This document shows positions 1 to 14,450 of a stretch of 64,000 nt of DNA, one piece after another. Within the stretch, counting starts at the first letter, position 1, and every line of letters begins with the position of its first letter. The stretch is from Lama glama. Its lineage: Eukaryota. The translations under genes and the position numbers were made by a program. The notes beneath the pieces were generated by a model that saw only the letters and a program-made list of their open reading frames with translations, searched no databases and was not told where the DNA came from. The stretch is from NCBI GenBank assembly GCA_028534125.1, contig CM052817.1, positions 34,784,001-34,848,000 of the forward strand, written 5' to 3'.

Positions 1-1404
1 GTCTTAATGCAAATGCAAATGACCTGGGAAGGACTTTCTCCAAAATTATTTGGTGAAAATATAGAAATTAGGTAGTGATTTGAGAGGGAGAACTGTAGCT
101 TTTTACATTGCTATGGTAATAATCTCCACTTCCACATATTTGTACAATCATAACTTTCTATTCATAATTTGTTCTGGAGCCCAAAACGACTCTGTTGGTA
201 TCACCAGCACTCTCACAACATTTGGAAAGTAATAATAATTTCTGTATCTTATTTGCTTCCATTTCGTCAGTGTAGAGAAGATGAGATATAAATGAGGTTT
301 CTTTTACAAAAGCGGCTATAACTTGATGAAAAACGGCCAGGCATTCACTTTACTATATAGTGTATGCTAAGTACATACAAGCTGGAATGGACATTCCCTG
401 GAAAAATTGAGGGATACCCTGTCTCCCCAGCATAATTATAGGAATGGTCTTAGAGTCTGGTATGGGAGCCCTTAAACCTTAAAGGTTCAGAGAAGAGCTA
501 CCAAGATATCAATGGAGTTAGAAAATAAGTCCTTTAATGGAAAATATGAGCACAATTGAGACTATAACATTGACTAATTTCCAGGACAAATGATAGTAAG
601 AAGTGAGTGCTTCAGGGAGAAGTTGGGTAGCTAGGGGGCTAAATGATTAACTTCAAACCTCTAGTGATGGTTTGAAGCTGGTCTCTGAGAGCTTCCTAGG
701 GTTGAAATGGTCCATAAGTCACAGCTCTGTCCCGACTCAATCCCACTTTCCAGGAAAGCAGGGATGGTCTAGCATGTGGGACATGGCAAGTACCCAATAA
801 ATGTTTGCAACAGTTGGCTTTATCTTATATTCCTATATTTATTTTCCTTTCATTACCATTTTCTCATTTATATTTTCTTCCATAGGTTTCCTTCATAGAA
901 CAAGGGTTATAAATAAATACTATATAAAGGTAAATGAAATGCTGTTGAAGAGTAAAAGGAAGAATGCAAAGCATGCCATATGAATGTGTGTCATAAAGAC
1001 ATAAAGGCTTTCAAAGGATGGAGAAGTCACATATAGATAGAGGAGCCCAGTGAGGTTTCACAGAAGAAACAAGTCTATAGCCAATAGGTAGAAGTGTGAT
1101 TGACAGAAAAGATTCTGATAGATGTAGAGAGCCTAGTCTTCAAATTCATTTAATAAATTTTACTCAAATATTTATTTGCTGATTCTAAAAGAGAAGCTTA
1201 GGATACAAAATACAGCAATATAACCTGTAGTATCAGTATTAAGGAACAGTGAACCAAGAAATCTATCTTTTCTTTTGGCCATGAAAAGAATAATGGGGGA
1301 TTTCTGTTGGGAGAGGAAAACAAAGTTATCAGAATTTAGGATACCACAAGCTATTATCTGGATTTTTTCAAAGCAGTTGTAATATCCATTATTCATTCTA
1401 CGAC

Positions 1405-1470
1405 TGTCTTAGCTCATTTGGGTGCTATAACGGAATATCATAGACTGGGTGGCTTATAAACAACAGAAAT
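1405..1470 (-). mobile_element. MLT1 (MaLR) LTR terminal fragment
   Basis: tgtcttagctc...gctataac...atagactgggtggcttataaacaacagaaat resembles an MLT1A-type end. Confidence 0.65.
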
Positions 1471-2049
1471 CCTACAAGACCTACTCTTGGCCCAATAGAA
1501 CCCACTAATCATTTCCTTACATCTCATGTCCACCTCTACTGGCCTGCTCTTGCCTCACCTGAGAGTACTGTCCACCTCCAGAGCATCCTCCAAGGCTGCA
1601 GGAGACTAAGGTTCTCTTGTGAGAAGGGTCTCCTCAGCTTCATAGCACTATTCAAATCCTCTCATATCCCTTCTCCTCTTTAGGGAGATCTGTCACGTGA
1701 TTATGCCCACCATGACCCTGATGAACTCAAGAGGGTGAAGCTTCAAGGACACCCAGGCCCTCTTAGACAGGAAAACCACACAAGCCTAAATCTTCCATTT
1801 GCATCAAGAGGGCTGGAAGGGTTTTACCACCACACACCTCTGTGGCTGGGATGTTTGTGACAGTTTGCCTCTCAGGATCTCCTCCAGTTTCCTATGAGCA
1901 CTGGAGCCCTGCCGTAAACAGATCAGTTCACTGGAGCCCTAATTCCCACATCCAGAAAGTGACAGCCCTATTTCTCAAGACTACATTGTGCAAAGGAATA
2001 ATTCAAGTGTTTAAATGCCAAGGCTCTTACTCTCGTTTTAATGGCTGCA

Positions 2050-2207
2050 TTTTGTTTTGTTGTCTTTTTCTTGTATTGTTTGTTTTATGAGGGGGAGGTA
2101 ATTAGATTTCTTCATTGATTTCCACTTGAAGGAGGTACCAGGGATTGAACCCGGGTCCTCATGTGTGCTAAGCATGTGCTCTACCATTTGAGCTATACCC
2201 TTCCCCC
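2050..2207 (-). mobile_element. tRNA-derived camelid-type SINE (Vic-1-like), long-tail form
   Basis: Minus strand reads GGGGGAAGGGTATAGCTCAAATGGTAGAGCACATGCTTAGC...GGGTTCAATCCCTGG (Pol III A and B boxes), followed by an AATCTAATTACCTCCCCC tail and an A-rich end. Confidence 0.9.
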
Positions 2208-2724
2208 AAGGAACTCTTGATAAAGTATAAATAAAGAGAAATTCTCTTCTCTGCTTTACCTCCACTTGCTGGTCAAGATTCTTCCAATACCCATCCTCTC
2301 CCTAGAAATAAGCAGAAGTGCACTCAGACTAGGGAACAAATTCATAACTATACATGAAATGTGGGTTATATACCCAGATATGGGTTTTGTGGGGATAATA
2401 AAGAGATTACATTATGCACGATAAACAGAAGACAGTGGGAAAGAGAGAAGAACAGAGTTTTCACATGTTGTAAAGGAGCACGTGTAATAGGAAATTGACA
2501 GAAACTGGGCAAACAGGAGGGAAGAAGAAACTATCACTAAAAGGAAACAGTACTTAGGAAACCATAACTGGAAAATTGCTATGGATTATTGCAAACCTTC
2601 CTTTTCCCTAAAGCAGTTAGTATCACTTACATAGGTACTCAAAGAACTTACACTCTCGCATTAAAAAAAGAAAAGAAAAGAAACCCTTCATATATCTAAT
2701 TAATTCTATCCATTGATTTTTTTA

Positions 2725-3200
2725 AAAAATTACCTTTACCTTTGAAATAGTTTAAGGCTCACCAGAAACTGTAAAAGTAGTAAAGTTCCTTTGTACCCTT
2801 CTCCCAGCTTCCCCCCCAAATAACATGTTATATAGTCTTAGCACATTGTCAAAGCCAGGACATTGATGTTTTTCAGTATTATTAGCTCAGCTTACTCAGA
2901 TCTCACAGATTTTATATACTTTTTTCTTCTTTTTTTCCTTTTCTTTTCTGCCCAATTGTTATATAAAGTTCACCACATGTGTAGTTTCAAGTAACCAAAA
3001 CCTCAATCACCTCTATCACAACAAAGAAACTTCCTGGTACTATTCCTTAATTGTCACACTCTTCCCCCATCACTGCCCAGGGCAACCACCGGTCTGCTCT
3101 CCATTACTGTAACTTTGTCATCTGAGGCTTTTATATTATCATACAGTACACAAGCTTTTGAGTCTGGCTTTTTGAGCTTGCCCTTAAGATCCAAACTTTA
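2725..3200 (-). mobile_element. Old L1M 3' fragment
   Basis: Resembles an L1MC/MD 3' UTR in antisense (tttgaaatagtttaag...cccagcttcccc...gggcaaccac...ctccatt). Confidence 0.6.
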
Positions 3201-5828
3201 CACTGATTTTTAAAGTTCCTCTTAAGCAAAATTTAAAATAAAACCAAAAACACTTTATGATCTATATGGATCATCGTTTTCTACCTGCACTATTCAAGGA
3301 AAAAAGCATTCAGATTTTGTTTTCTGTTTTGGGGTTTTTTTTTTAAAGAGAGAGAATGATAGCATGTGCGATTTGGAATGAACTGCAGAGCTGTTAACTG
3401 CATTACCTTTTGGAGGAGGTTAAGAAGAAAAGGCTTTGGTGAGTTGAAGCATCTTAGTTTGGCCTCCCTAGAACTATGGCTTTGGGATCACTGGGACCAC
3501 AAGCACTTTGATTTCTTGCTCAAATAGTTGTTACTGTTTGTGGAAAGCAGACTAAAGTCCTTAAGATAAAATCTGCATTAAGAACCAGCTTTACAAGACG
3601 CCTGAACTTGATCAAATGCCAATTTCTACAACGTTTCTGTATCTGTAATTAGGAACACTATCTAGGAAAAGGAACAGATTTTCACAACCATTTCTACCAT
3701 TAATAAAGTGGCACATTTGCAGAGTCTATTAAAAAAATGTTTCTTACTTCCCTCAGAATTTTAAGTGCTTGGGTTTTAAGCATTTAATGTAAAATCTGCA
3801 TGAGGACAAATTTTAATAAGTTGAGGCAATTCTTCATGACAGAAAAAGCATTTAAGAGAACAAAAAATAATTCAGATAAACGGATTTTCTAAAGGGCTCT
3901 TTGTAGCGTTAAAAACTGTTTCAGAAATACAGGACAAAGCTATATCCAGGAACTATTAAATTGGTTTTAAAATATACGTAAATGAGAATTCCCAGCTAAA
4001 CCACGTCTCCCAGTGGGTGTTCCCAGCTGGCAGCTTTCCCATCCACAGGCTCCTGTATCTCCTTCTGTCAGTGTATTTGGCCTTGGGCCCAAACCACCTG
4101 TTCTGAGAACACATAACATCTGCGCCCTTCACTCAGCCTTCTGTTGACTGCCTCACCTCACCTTTCAGACTACCTATCACAACCTTGGCAATGCTGCCTG
4201 GGGCTCCCCTGTATGGACTCCTGCCTTGAAAGGACCCAGGTTTTATGAGGGTGCAACATTCCAGTGGGAGCTTTTGCTGATCCTCAAGCTGTCCTACCAG
4301 AGGCCAGCAGTCTCCTTCAGGATAGACAGACCACTGGATTCCAAGCCCAATTTAAAAATCACAATTTTTCTGCATACATTCAGGTGTCCAAGAGATGCTA
4401 TGCATGGTGCAGCTGGACAGCTCTCTTCCTAAAGCATCAGGCCCAGTGATTTCAAGGAGGCCTTCATAGTAGGACAGTTATTTAGGGAGTTAACCCAGCA
4501 GCAGGAATAAGGACTTCATTGCTCAGAAGGGAGTGGAGGATGTACCCAGAGGGCATGGCATGGACAGTGGCCATTCCAGAAGGCAGGCGGACAACTGGCC
4601 ATAGAGAAGTAGAACAAACCACATCAGGTGGTCACCCCAGCAGCACAGAGCACAAGGCAATGAGGAACTGAAGTAGCCAGATAGTGGAGATCCAGCCAAT
4701 GGTCCATGTCAGGAAAGTGTGAAAGCAGATTACTGAGACAGGAGTAAGGCTTAGGCAAGCACAGAAGTGTCCCTGTTACTGGCACTGGAGGACAAATTTT
4801 GAGTTGGAGCCCAGGTATAAGGTAAGGAAGGGAAAGGAAAGGGCACTGAAATGGACAGGCCGCCGACTAACCCAGGTACTTTAAGCACCTGATCTCATTT
4901 AATCCCCACAACAACCATGCAGAGTAGGAATTATTATCCTCCTTCCACAGGAGAGAAAACAGGCTCAAAGAGGCTATCTATGCATGACTAAGACATTGTG
5001 CTATACACCAGAAATGACACATTGTAACTGACAGTACTTCAATTGAAAAAACAAAAGCAAAAAACAAAGGGGATATCTAATTTTGCCATAATCACATAGG
5101 TAACATGTAGGGTAGTCAGAATTTGAACTCAGGACAATCTGACTCTAAAAATATTGTTGCTATACTCACACTGTCTTTTGTCATAGTTACAATTATTTAA
5201 TGCCAAATCTTTGAGAACACAGCCCCCAGTGCCTATTTCTCCTCAGGTCATTTGTTTTTCCCTCCTTAAATTATATTGTGTCATAAATTAGACTTTAAAA
5301 AATAGTCTAAATTCACTTCCAGGGGCTATGGGAGGGGGAGGAGAGTCAGACCTCTCTGGGAATGCTGTTTGGGGGCAGCCAAGGAGAAAGTGTGGTGCTG
5401 GATGAATGAGCCAGACCTCCCTCAGCTTCTGAGGGGTCCCCAGAGGATGGAGTATACTAAAAGCAGAGACCAAAACGTGGGGAGTGGAGCCAGGGTGTTT
5501 GGTGAGCACAGGCTGAATGCAGAAAATTAGACTCCTCCAGTGAACTCTTCTCAGCATCCCATAGCCTCCCATGAACATATAGTTGGGACAGATGGCTCTC
5601 ACAGGGGGCCAGCTCAGCCCAGAGAAACTGAGGATATGTAAACATATTGATTTGGGGAGCACAAATATTCATTGCAATTCTACTAAAAATATTTTATGTG
5701 TTTTCAAATATTTTTATTTTCAAATAAAGAGTAATCAGACATGTGTCATTTCCAGGTTTGATAGCTGTGAACAGTGGAAAGTTAAGGCCATGTAATTTTT
5801 AAATGGAGGGAAGTTTATTTGGTATTTC

Positions 5829-5848
5829 AGAGCACCACCTGGTGGATT
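5829..5848 (-). promoter_or_regulatory. CTCF-binding motif
   Basis: Minus strand TCCACCAGGTGGTGCT closely matches the CTCF core CCACCAGGTGGCGCT. It is not inside a repeat I recognise. Confidence 0.6.
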
Positions 5849-7369
5849 AATTAACAGTAACAGCCCAGAACAAAAGTGAATCAAAATGGCTCTGAAAGAA
5901 CAGCCATGCTCATCTCTCCTCTTTCTCCTCCCTCTCTTGGGCTCTCATTCTTTTCCTCTCTCCTCCTCCCCCTCTTTTCATTTCCTATCCAATCTCTGCT
6001 GCTTCTGTCTACACTTTGAGATTGTCCATGTCCCTATCCGTACTGCTGAGTCCTCAGAGTGCCTAAGGAGCTTGCTTACTTGTGCCTGATCTAACACAAT
6101 CTCCCGGGTTTCTAACGTTCAAGTAGAAAGGCAAACATATTTGAAGTTGCACAATTCATTCTTCTTTCAGAGATCGAATCTTCCTGCCCAGGGATAGGTT
6201 TGCATTTCCTCAAGGAGGAGTTTTTGTTTGTTTTACACAGAAACATTCTCTTAGAACCCTTCTTTCATGTTTTATTTGTAGATAATAACTAAAGTTGACT
6301 AATTGATATGATTTTAACCTGTTGTCCAGATCCAGCTGCCTGCTGATTTTTGAGAAAGAGACATTGGTTTGGAGCATAATTCTTAAAGGTCTCTGATCTC
6401 AAATGACCCACAAGTAACAATGAATGAGTGGAATGGGGCAGGTGAGTGGTGGAGTGGTGGAGAATGGAGACCTAGAAACCTCATGACTTGTCCACAAGGG
6501 TATACATTATTCTGATCCAGCCACCTCTGCCAGTTTTTAAAGGGAAGCCAAAATGCTTGATTTTTATGAGAGATCTTTATGAGTTTAAGTGTTAGCAAAT
6601 TTTCAAAAAATGCCTGCAGACCAGAAATGGCCCATAGGCCAACCTCTGATTTGAACTTGTGGGAATTTGGATTTCATTCACTGGATGATAGAATATGAAT
6701 AAGTAAGCAGTCTTAGCTAAAATCCACTCCAGTCTCTGAGCAAATCACTTTTCCCACGCCTAAGGACCTCTACCACGTCTCAATCAGCAAGTCTGTGTCA
6801 TTACCCTCTGTTTCTTAACATAGTCTTATTACAGGATCATGGAGAGTTAAGATGTCCTGACAGCAGCCTTTTATCCCTGTGACTATCTAAGTGCTTTGAA
6901 ATATTGCAAGGTTCAGATTTTGGCTCCAACTGAAACAGTTTAGCAGAGCTGGGCAAAGCAGCTGTGGAGTTTATGGATTGAAATTTGCACTGCCTTTCCA
7001 AACAAATTAATATGTAAGTTTTAAAATGTATTTAAATTAAAAATAGCTTAACTCAAATTTTGGCCATCTTACCCTACAACAAAGCTTCCTCATCCATTCA
7101 CCCTACTGGGGCAAACAGTGGCACTCACTGCCCATTGATTTAGGAAAGATGTTGACACCACTTACACATTTTAGAGAGAAAAATATTAGCTTCCTTCCTC
7201 AGAGTTCTCTGGGGAATAGTGCAGGGGTTTTTGTTCTTTGTTTTGGCATGGAAATAATTCACAGAGGACACAAGAGTGATATTTTATAACAAGTATCATG
7301 GCGAAAAGTTATGAAGGATATCTGTCTGCTTGTACTTATGTAATTACATGGCCTTAACTTTCCACTGTA

Positions 7370-7735
7370 CTTATGACAAAGTATCAAGGTTGGGTGACAT
7401 AAACAACAGAAATTTATTTCTTCATAGTTCTGGAGGCTAGAAGTCCAAGATCAAGATGCTGGCTGATTCGGTTCCTGATGAGAACTCTCTTCCTGGCTAG
7501 CAGACGGCTACCTTCTTGCTGTGTCCTCAAATGGCCTTTCCTCGTTGCATGCACATGGAGAGAGAGCCCTCTGGTGTCTTTTCTCATAAGACACTATTCC
7601 TATCAGATGAGGGCCCCACCCCATGACCTCACTTCACTTTACTTCTGAAGGCGCCCATCTCCAAACATAGCCATGCTGGGGGTTAGGGCTTCAACATACG
7701 AATTTGGGGGACATACAAATATTCAGCCCACAACA
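7370..7735 (-). mobile_element. MLT1A-type MaLR solo LTR
   Basis: aaacaacagaaatttatt...gttctggaggctagaagtccaagatcaag...gggttagggcttcaacatacgaatttggggg...cacaaca. Confidence 0.9.
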
Positions 7736-10700
7736 AAGGATCTCCACTGTACTTCTTTATCATTTACAGAATACCTCTTGAAACAAAAATAATTAAATCA
7801 TCCCATTTTTTAAAATTGTAAGTTCTAATGTTGGATTTTTTATTTTAGCCAAATTAAAGTCTCTTTACCCTGACCTATAGTCCTTTCAAACTCTAATAAG
7901 TACACTTACTGTTACTTTTAAATATTTGCTAGCCTTTCATAATATTTCAACTGTCTCTGAAACAATTCTTCCTTTATTGTTAAATAATTTCCAAGTTTTA
8001 GCTTTCCCCAAACTTCAAACAATAAACTTATTGTTTACTTATAATTTTAACCAAAGGTGTGATTTTAGAATTTGCTTTAGAACTCTGGGAAGTCATCAGT
8101 TTGTAATTCCTACTAGGAGACTGGGTTTAATAACATTCTAGACCTCTCAATTTTATCTTTGTTCTTTGCAAAATGAGCTGCCTGACCAAACAAATCTGGT
8201 TTTGAAGAATATTAACTTGCCATCTTTTCAGTTACTTATGATTTTTTAAAGAGTGGAATCCCTTTAAATACTTTTTTGAAAAAATACTGCAAAATGCCCT
8301 CAGGTACTAGACATTAGTCAACAGTCCTGCCCCTCTCACTTCCCCTCTGTAAGCCATGTCTGTCCTACCCCCTCGATGCAGGTGACTAATGGACAGCTGA
8401 ACCAAAGCTAGACTGACCGGATCAGATTTTTTTCTCATAGGAGTTTGAAAGGACAGAGAAAGTCTAAGGTAGTAAGATATGAATGCTGGATTTGAACAGA
8501 CTTGTCAACCAAGAGTATCATTTGGGACAACTCAGATGAATCATGCCCAGGACAGCAAAGGAAGCCAGCTCTCAGAGAGCAAGAAGAATGAAGCAGGTGT
8601 GCAGAGCAGAGCAAGGACAACTGGCTCCTGCAACCTAGAAAAACTGTCTTCCGGTTCCCAGTTCTCATCCTTCTGAGCCTCCACTGCAGTTAAGCAGACT
8701 TAGAGTAGCATCAGTTCTGGACTGTTTTAAAATCTTGACTGTTTTAATTTGAGGTATGGGGAGGCCAACAGATCAGGAGATGACTGCTATTGGAAAGACA
8801 GTTCCCAAGAGGTGGTGGCCACATGAGGAAGCACCAGGGTTTGGTCATTAAGCAGAGGGATGGGGCCCACAGAGGGAATGAGGGAGGCAGGAGATCAAGG
8901 CGAGATGACTGAGGCATATCATTGGGTTGCCCAGAACAAAGGCATGTCCAGCACATACATGTAGGGCAGATGTTAAAGCATCAAACTGACAGAAGCTAGA
9001 AACATGGTTAATAAACATATCCAAACATACTTGAAAATAAGTTCAGGAACTTGTCCAAAGTTGCAGGGCTAATTAGAGGCAACACCAAGATTAAAAAGCC
9101 CAGTTCCTTACTAACATGCCACACTCTGTTGTACCTCCCACTGGTCCAGGGCCTCCAGTCTCTTTGTAGGATAACGTGGGGCATAGCACTCAGACTCCAT
9201 AATGGCAAAAGCAAAACCCCACACAAAGGATCTTTTTTTATCCTCCCTAGGCAGGAAAATATCACTTTGGGGAGCAAACTCCCAAGCTACAATAGCGCTG
9301 TCCCCTTCAAGTAATAACACAGAATTCACAGCTACCCAGAACACCAATGGCTAATTTCTCACTTACCTGTCATTTAGAGTTGACATTATACATCATGGTA
9401 TAATTAGTCTTTTGCAAAGACACATAGTGGTTTTCCTGTTTCTAAAATGCTATTAAGACTGTGATCTGAGGATGCCTCTGCAGGATCAATAGCTCTTATC
9501 TCAAGATTGACAGGTGAAGCCTCTCTTGAAAATGCCCATTTACCTTGAGTCTCCCCACCTCGACTTCTGAATTTGGTATACTTAGACACATTTTGTTCCT
9601 TATTATCTACTCTCATTTTCCCATTGTCTGTACATTTTGAGACTTTACACAGTACTTTACTGGTGCACCAATTGGATAATACATTTTTGTGGTTTGTTAT
9701 TCTTTTTAAATTACAAACTCCCTTTTGACAAAAGTGCCCTATATCTCTCGTTCTTTCCTTTCTCTGAGTCTTTATTCCCCATATAAAAGTCCAGGCTGTA
9801 AGAGGGAGGCATGAGCATAAATGAGCTATCAGAATACTGCTGTAACCAAACCAAAAATAAAGGAAATAAAAAACCAGTTGAGCTGCTTTTTGGCTTTATG
9901 GCTCTCGGTTGCATGGTGATGATTATTCTTGATTTAAAAAGTGTTCCCACTGCTATTTTGTCTTAATTCATGCACTTATTTGTAGGAGATACAACATAGC
10001 TGGTCTGATACCACCCTAGTTCCTGCCTTCTGAGTACCTCCAATTCCTTGTCCTCCCTGGGGCCAGAGGGGAGATGAGTGACAGGACAGGGCTATAGTGA
10101 GACACCAGGAGGCCCCCCCAGGGAGCGAGGCCTGGTCATCAGCTCTGAGGACAGCTTCTATGCCAGAAGCAGCTGTGTCCCCGGAGAGTAACAGAAAGAT
10201 TCATAACAAGAATGCAGGGCGCCTACTCCAGGTGCACCTTGTTGGATAAATGCTAATAAACAACACGATGGGATAGGTAATAATATACATCAGCTTCCTT
10301 GTTGATAAAACTAAGCCAGGCCTTTCAGGGATGTCAGGCTCTCTGGTCTCCAGCCGGGGCCCAGGGAGGCCCACAGCTTGCTCCTGACCCAGATATGAAC
10401 AATGCTCCCTGCTTCAGCCACAACCACAGGTAAATCCTTAAATCATTCCCTCTGGTCACCACAGTCACAACACCACCTTTTCCTCCCAGAGTGGCTGAAA
10501 AGCAGGCAGTAGCAGCTTGTAGACTGAGTCCCTTTGTTCCCTGCTGCTTCCACCCCGGAGCCCCAGGTGCCGTATTGCGTTCCCTGAGGGGGTGCAGTAG
10601 GCCAGTCCGCAGGCTGTAGTGAGTCCCCGTGCTTCTCACCTGGACTCTGCACCCCCTGCTCTTGGCGGTGTTGCACAGCGCTATCATCAGACAGACTCGC

Positions 10701-10764
10701 GCTCAAATCTGATTCTATCACTTGAGTGTCCTTTGAAAACTCTTTGCTCCTCCATTAACACAAC

Positions 10765-10852
10765 TTTTTTTTTTTAATGGAGGTACTGGGGATTGAACCC
10801 AGGGCCTCGTGCATGCTAAACATGTGCTCTACCACTGAACTATACGCACCCT
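10765..10852 (-). mobile_element. tRNA-derived camelid-type SINE, short form, inserted into a MIR
   Basis: A and B boxes plus a poly(A) tail. Target-site duplication ctcctccattaac(a/t)ca(a/t)c at 10747-10764 and 10851-10868. Confidence 0.9.
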
Positions 10853-11035
10853 CCTCCATTAACTCATCTTTAACATGGAAATGATAATAACAGAACTGCC
10901 AAAGGTTATTATAAGGGTTAAATGAGTTCAGGTGTAAAGCATTTATCATAATAGCTGGCCTACAGAAAGCCCTCAATTATGCTAGTTCTTTATCATGATT
11001 GTGATGACGATGTGCTTCTCAGCTGTGCAGAAGGC

Positions 11036-11056
11036 CACACAGGACACACACATACA

Positions 11057-11093
<37 letters not shown>

Positions 11094-11178
11094 TCTCTCT
11101 CACACACACACACACACACACTCTCTCTCACACATACACACACTCTCTCTCACACACACTCTCTCTCTCACACACACA

Positions 11179-11209
<31 letters not shown>

Positions 11210-11215
11210 GCGCGC
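11036..11215. repeat. Compound (CA)n/(CT)n microsatellite ending in (CG)n
   Basis: Alternating CA and CT tracts are directly visible over about 180 bp. Confidence 0.97.
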
Positions 11216-13234
11216 CCTCCCCCATTTTGGGCCTGGGTCCTGCAAGGACTGTAGTGAAGCTTCCCCTTTTCTTCACCAGGGAAGTGGTTCCTGACCACTC
11301 CCTAAGCCTAAGTTCTGCCAAATAAGGAAGGAGAACACCCTGTCCCCAGGTCCCAAACCCTTCTCTTGGAAGCCAAAAGTACAATGCCTTGAATTCCCTC
11401 TCCACCAGTCCCTTTCATTCATGAGCCAGTTGCTGAAGTGCCTCTGGGGCCAACCCCCGACCTGCATTTTATATTTGGTCCTTCCCTCTTTGCAAACTTT
11501 GCTCCCTTAGAGTCACAGGAGACCTCCAAAAGCTGCCTGGTATGCACTGGGCAAATTAACACCCAACTGACCACTGAATATCTCGTAATGTGAATAAAGA
11601 AAAAAAGTAATTCAAATGCTTAGAAAATGGCACCTATTAAATCCAGAAGCTCAAATGCACAAAATCCAAGTCATCTCAACTCCCAAATTCTAAAGTTCCA
11701 TTAGATTTGCTTTTTCCTCATAGGGCTCTGCCTACTATCTATTATTCCTATTGAGCAACTGTAGAGCAAATTAATTTGTTTTTCATCTTTGACAGGTTTC
11801 ATAGTATTAGAGGAAAATAAAAGTGTTTTATTGATTCGATGGTGAATCTGAAAGGCTTTCCTATCTACCCTCAAGTCAATGAAGGCTCTAAAGGTACAGA
11901 TCATCAAAAATAAAATAAAATTTAAGGGCTAAAAACAATGAAGAAAGAAAAGGAACAGCTGTCATGTCACTAGAATCCTCTGGAAAACAAATGTTAGTGC
12001 CAAAGCTACGTGTAAATTTATAGCATAGTGATGTAGTGCAAACAGCCCTAGAGTGGGAATTGGTTGTACCAAAGGAACAGAGAGAAGACCTGAGCATTGT
12101 GGGAGAGGAGTTAACTGGTGTGAGATGTCAGAGGATGGTGCAGGAAACTGAAATATTAGACCCAATCTCTCTCTCATGCACACATACACACACTAGTCCA
12201 TGTCCTTTGACATGTCCACATTGCAATTTCTGTCACAAGAGGAAGCCTACTTCCCCATCCCTGGACTTTGGGTTTGCCATGACATTTTCTTTATGGGCCA
12301 GCGTAAGTGACAGAAAAATTGTGTCAAATGCTTACGTACGTCCTCTGGTGCTCTGCCACAGCCTACTGGCGACTGGTACCATCCAAGAGGAGAATGAGAG
12401 ACACCGGGAGCAGAACGGGCCCGAGCAAACCTGCAGGTGGAAGCAGAGCTGCCTAGTCCCCACAGCCTAGGCCAGCCAGCCCCGCACCAACCTGCATGCA
12501 CGTGAGCAAAGCAGCTGCAATCAGCAGAGCTGCCCTGGCGGACCAGCAGACCCAGCAGAACAAGAGCTGCTTTCAGCCAGAGTTTTAGGGTGGTCTGTGC
12601 TTCAGGATCACTGAGGCACTATCTAAACAATCCAGGCCTTGCATGCCAGAATAGGAGTGTTGGTTTTATTCCTAGGAGAGCTTTTTAGTCAGTGACATTA
12701 TCTGATTTCCAGTGGATGGATCATAAAACTCCTGCAGCAATCCAGGGAAGAGAAGCTTGGACTAAAGTGAGGGAACTGAAGGGCAAGAGAAGTGGAGGGA
12801 ACCCTTTGTTGTTTGGAGGAGCTGAGAAACAAAGCGGTAGCTGAAGCGCTGGGGAAATGTGAAGAGAAGGGAAGGGTCGGTTTGTTCAAGATGAAATCAC
12901 TAGAGCACATCTGTGTGCTAGAGGGAGGGGCTGCCCGGGTGAAGAGCAGCTAACGCAGACACAGCCTTCACTGGGAGCCCCGCCCTGTCCTCAGCACTGC
13001 ACTAAATTTACTCCTTTAATCTGCACAAGAACTTGGCAAAGTAGATACCACTGCATTTTACGGATGGGGCAACAGAGGCACAGAGCAATTACATGATTTT
13101 CCGAAGCTCATACGCCTAGGAGATGGCACAGACGAGATTCACACTCAAGCCGTCTGACTCCAGAGCCCGTGTACCAAGCCACTAAGGCAAACTACCACTG
13201 GAGCCCGTCCCTGAGACTGAGAGAGGATGGCACC

Positions 13235-13708
13235 ACGAGCAAAGCTGGTGCCCGCCATTCCAGTTCTACAAGGATCAAGCCATGAGCCACTGCAGTCGAG
13301 GACCTACAAGGACACTCTGAAAGGAATTTAGGATGCAGCATTCTGTGTTGTGGATATAGAGGTCCCTGGAGAGTTAAACTGCATACCTAAAGGAGAATTT
13401 CAATGACCTCAGAGTCTTCTTTTTCCCATTCATAGGAAAGTACTAAATTCATTAACTACCAGTAACCTTTCACCAAGCTTGCTATTGTAACCTTGACTAG
13501 CAGCAACCTTTTACCAAGATGTATGCCTGACTACCAGTATTTCCCAGCCAGAAAAATTCATATGCATCTTGGCTCCTCCTCTACCTCTTTGAAGCAGTTC
13601 TTCAGAGCTATCTGAGAGGCTGTCTCCTGGGCTATAATTCTCAGAAAGTTCCCAAATAAAACTGAAACTCACAGCTCTCACACTGTGCATTTTTCTTTTC
13701 AGTTGACA
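13235..13708 (+). mobile_element. ERV solo LTR (5' end uncertain)
   Basis: Has AATAAA near the 3' end and terminates in ...agttgaCA. It shares blocks with the LTR at 21496-22034. Confidence 0.75.
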
Positions 13709-13754
13709 GGACCAGGGCACAAGAGGAGGGGCTGGTGTCCAATATTTTCAGAAA

Positions 13755-13940
13755 TGTACAGCATAGGGAATATAGTCAATAATACTATAACAACCTTGTA
13801 TGGTGACAGATGGTAACTAGACTTACAGTGATCATTGTGTAATGTATAAAAATATTGAATCACTATGTTGTACACCTGAAACTAATATAATATTGCAAGC
13901 CAACTATATTTCAATAAAAAATTTGTAATAAAAAATACAC
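13755..13940 (+). mobile_element. L1 3' end fragment
   Basis: tacagcatagggaatatagtcaataat...tgttgtacacctgaaactaatataat...aataaaaa. Confidence 0.85.
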
Positions 13941-14450
13941 TCAGGAAAGCTTCATTCACAGAAACAGGAGTAAAATGGAGACTCTGGTTACAGATAAAAG
14001 TTGTTTGATGGAACTATGACAGAATGATGAGGGGGTTCCTGCTTTATTATTTGTCTTATTAACCAGTATTAAAGGCAAGATCATCAGATCAATGCAAGTG
14101 GGGAGAAGAATTTAAGAGAGAGGAAAATAAGGGAAATAGCCACTTGAGGCAAAAGGAATGCTAATACATCAAGGAAATAAAGTGGAATTATAGTGCAGAA
14201 TTTAAAGAGAGACTGGTTAACATGCTTGAGTGTTTTTCTCCACATGATTTATTTAGTTTCAGGTTTAGGAGGAGGGAGATGGGAGAGGGTGAGGATATTT
14301 GCAGAACAAAGAATCTAGACTGGATATGAAGAGAACCACCAATAAAAGCAGGAAGAATGACAGGAAAAGAAGAAAAGAAAGAGGTCAATGGATTAAAGGT
14401 CAAATGACCTGCTGGAGTGGAAGTGATATAGGAAAATGTGGGGTGAGAAG

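Noticed and set aside
10979..11405. His/Thr-rich and Val/Cys-rich ORFs
   Set aside because: They are translations of the (CA/CT)n microsatellite.
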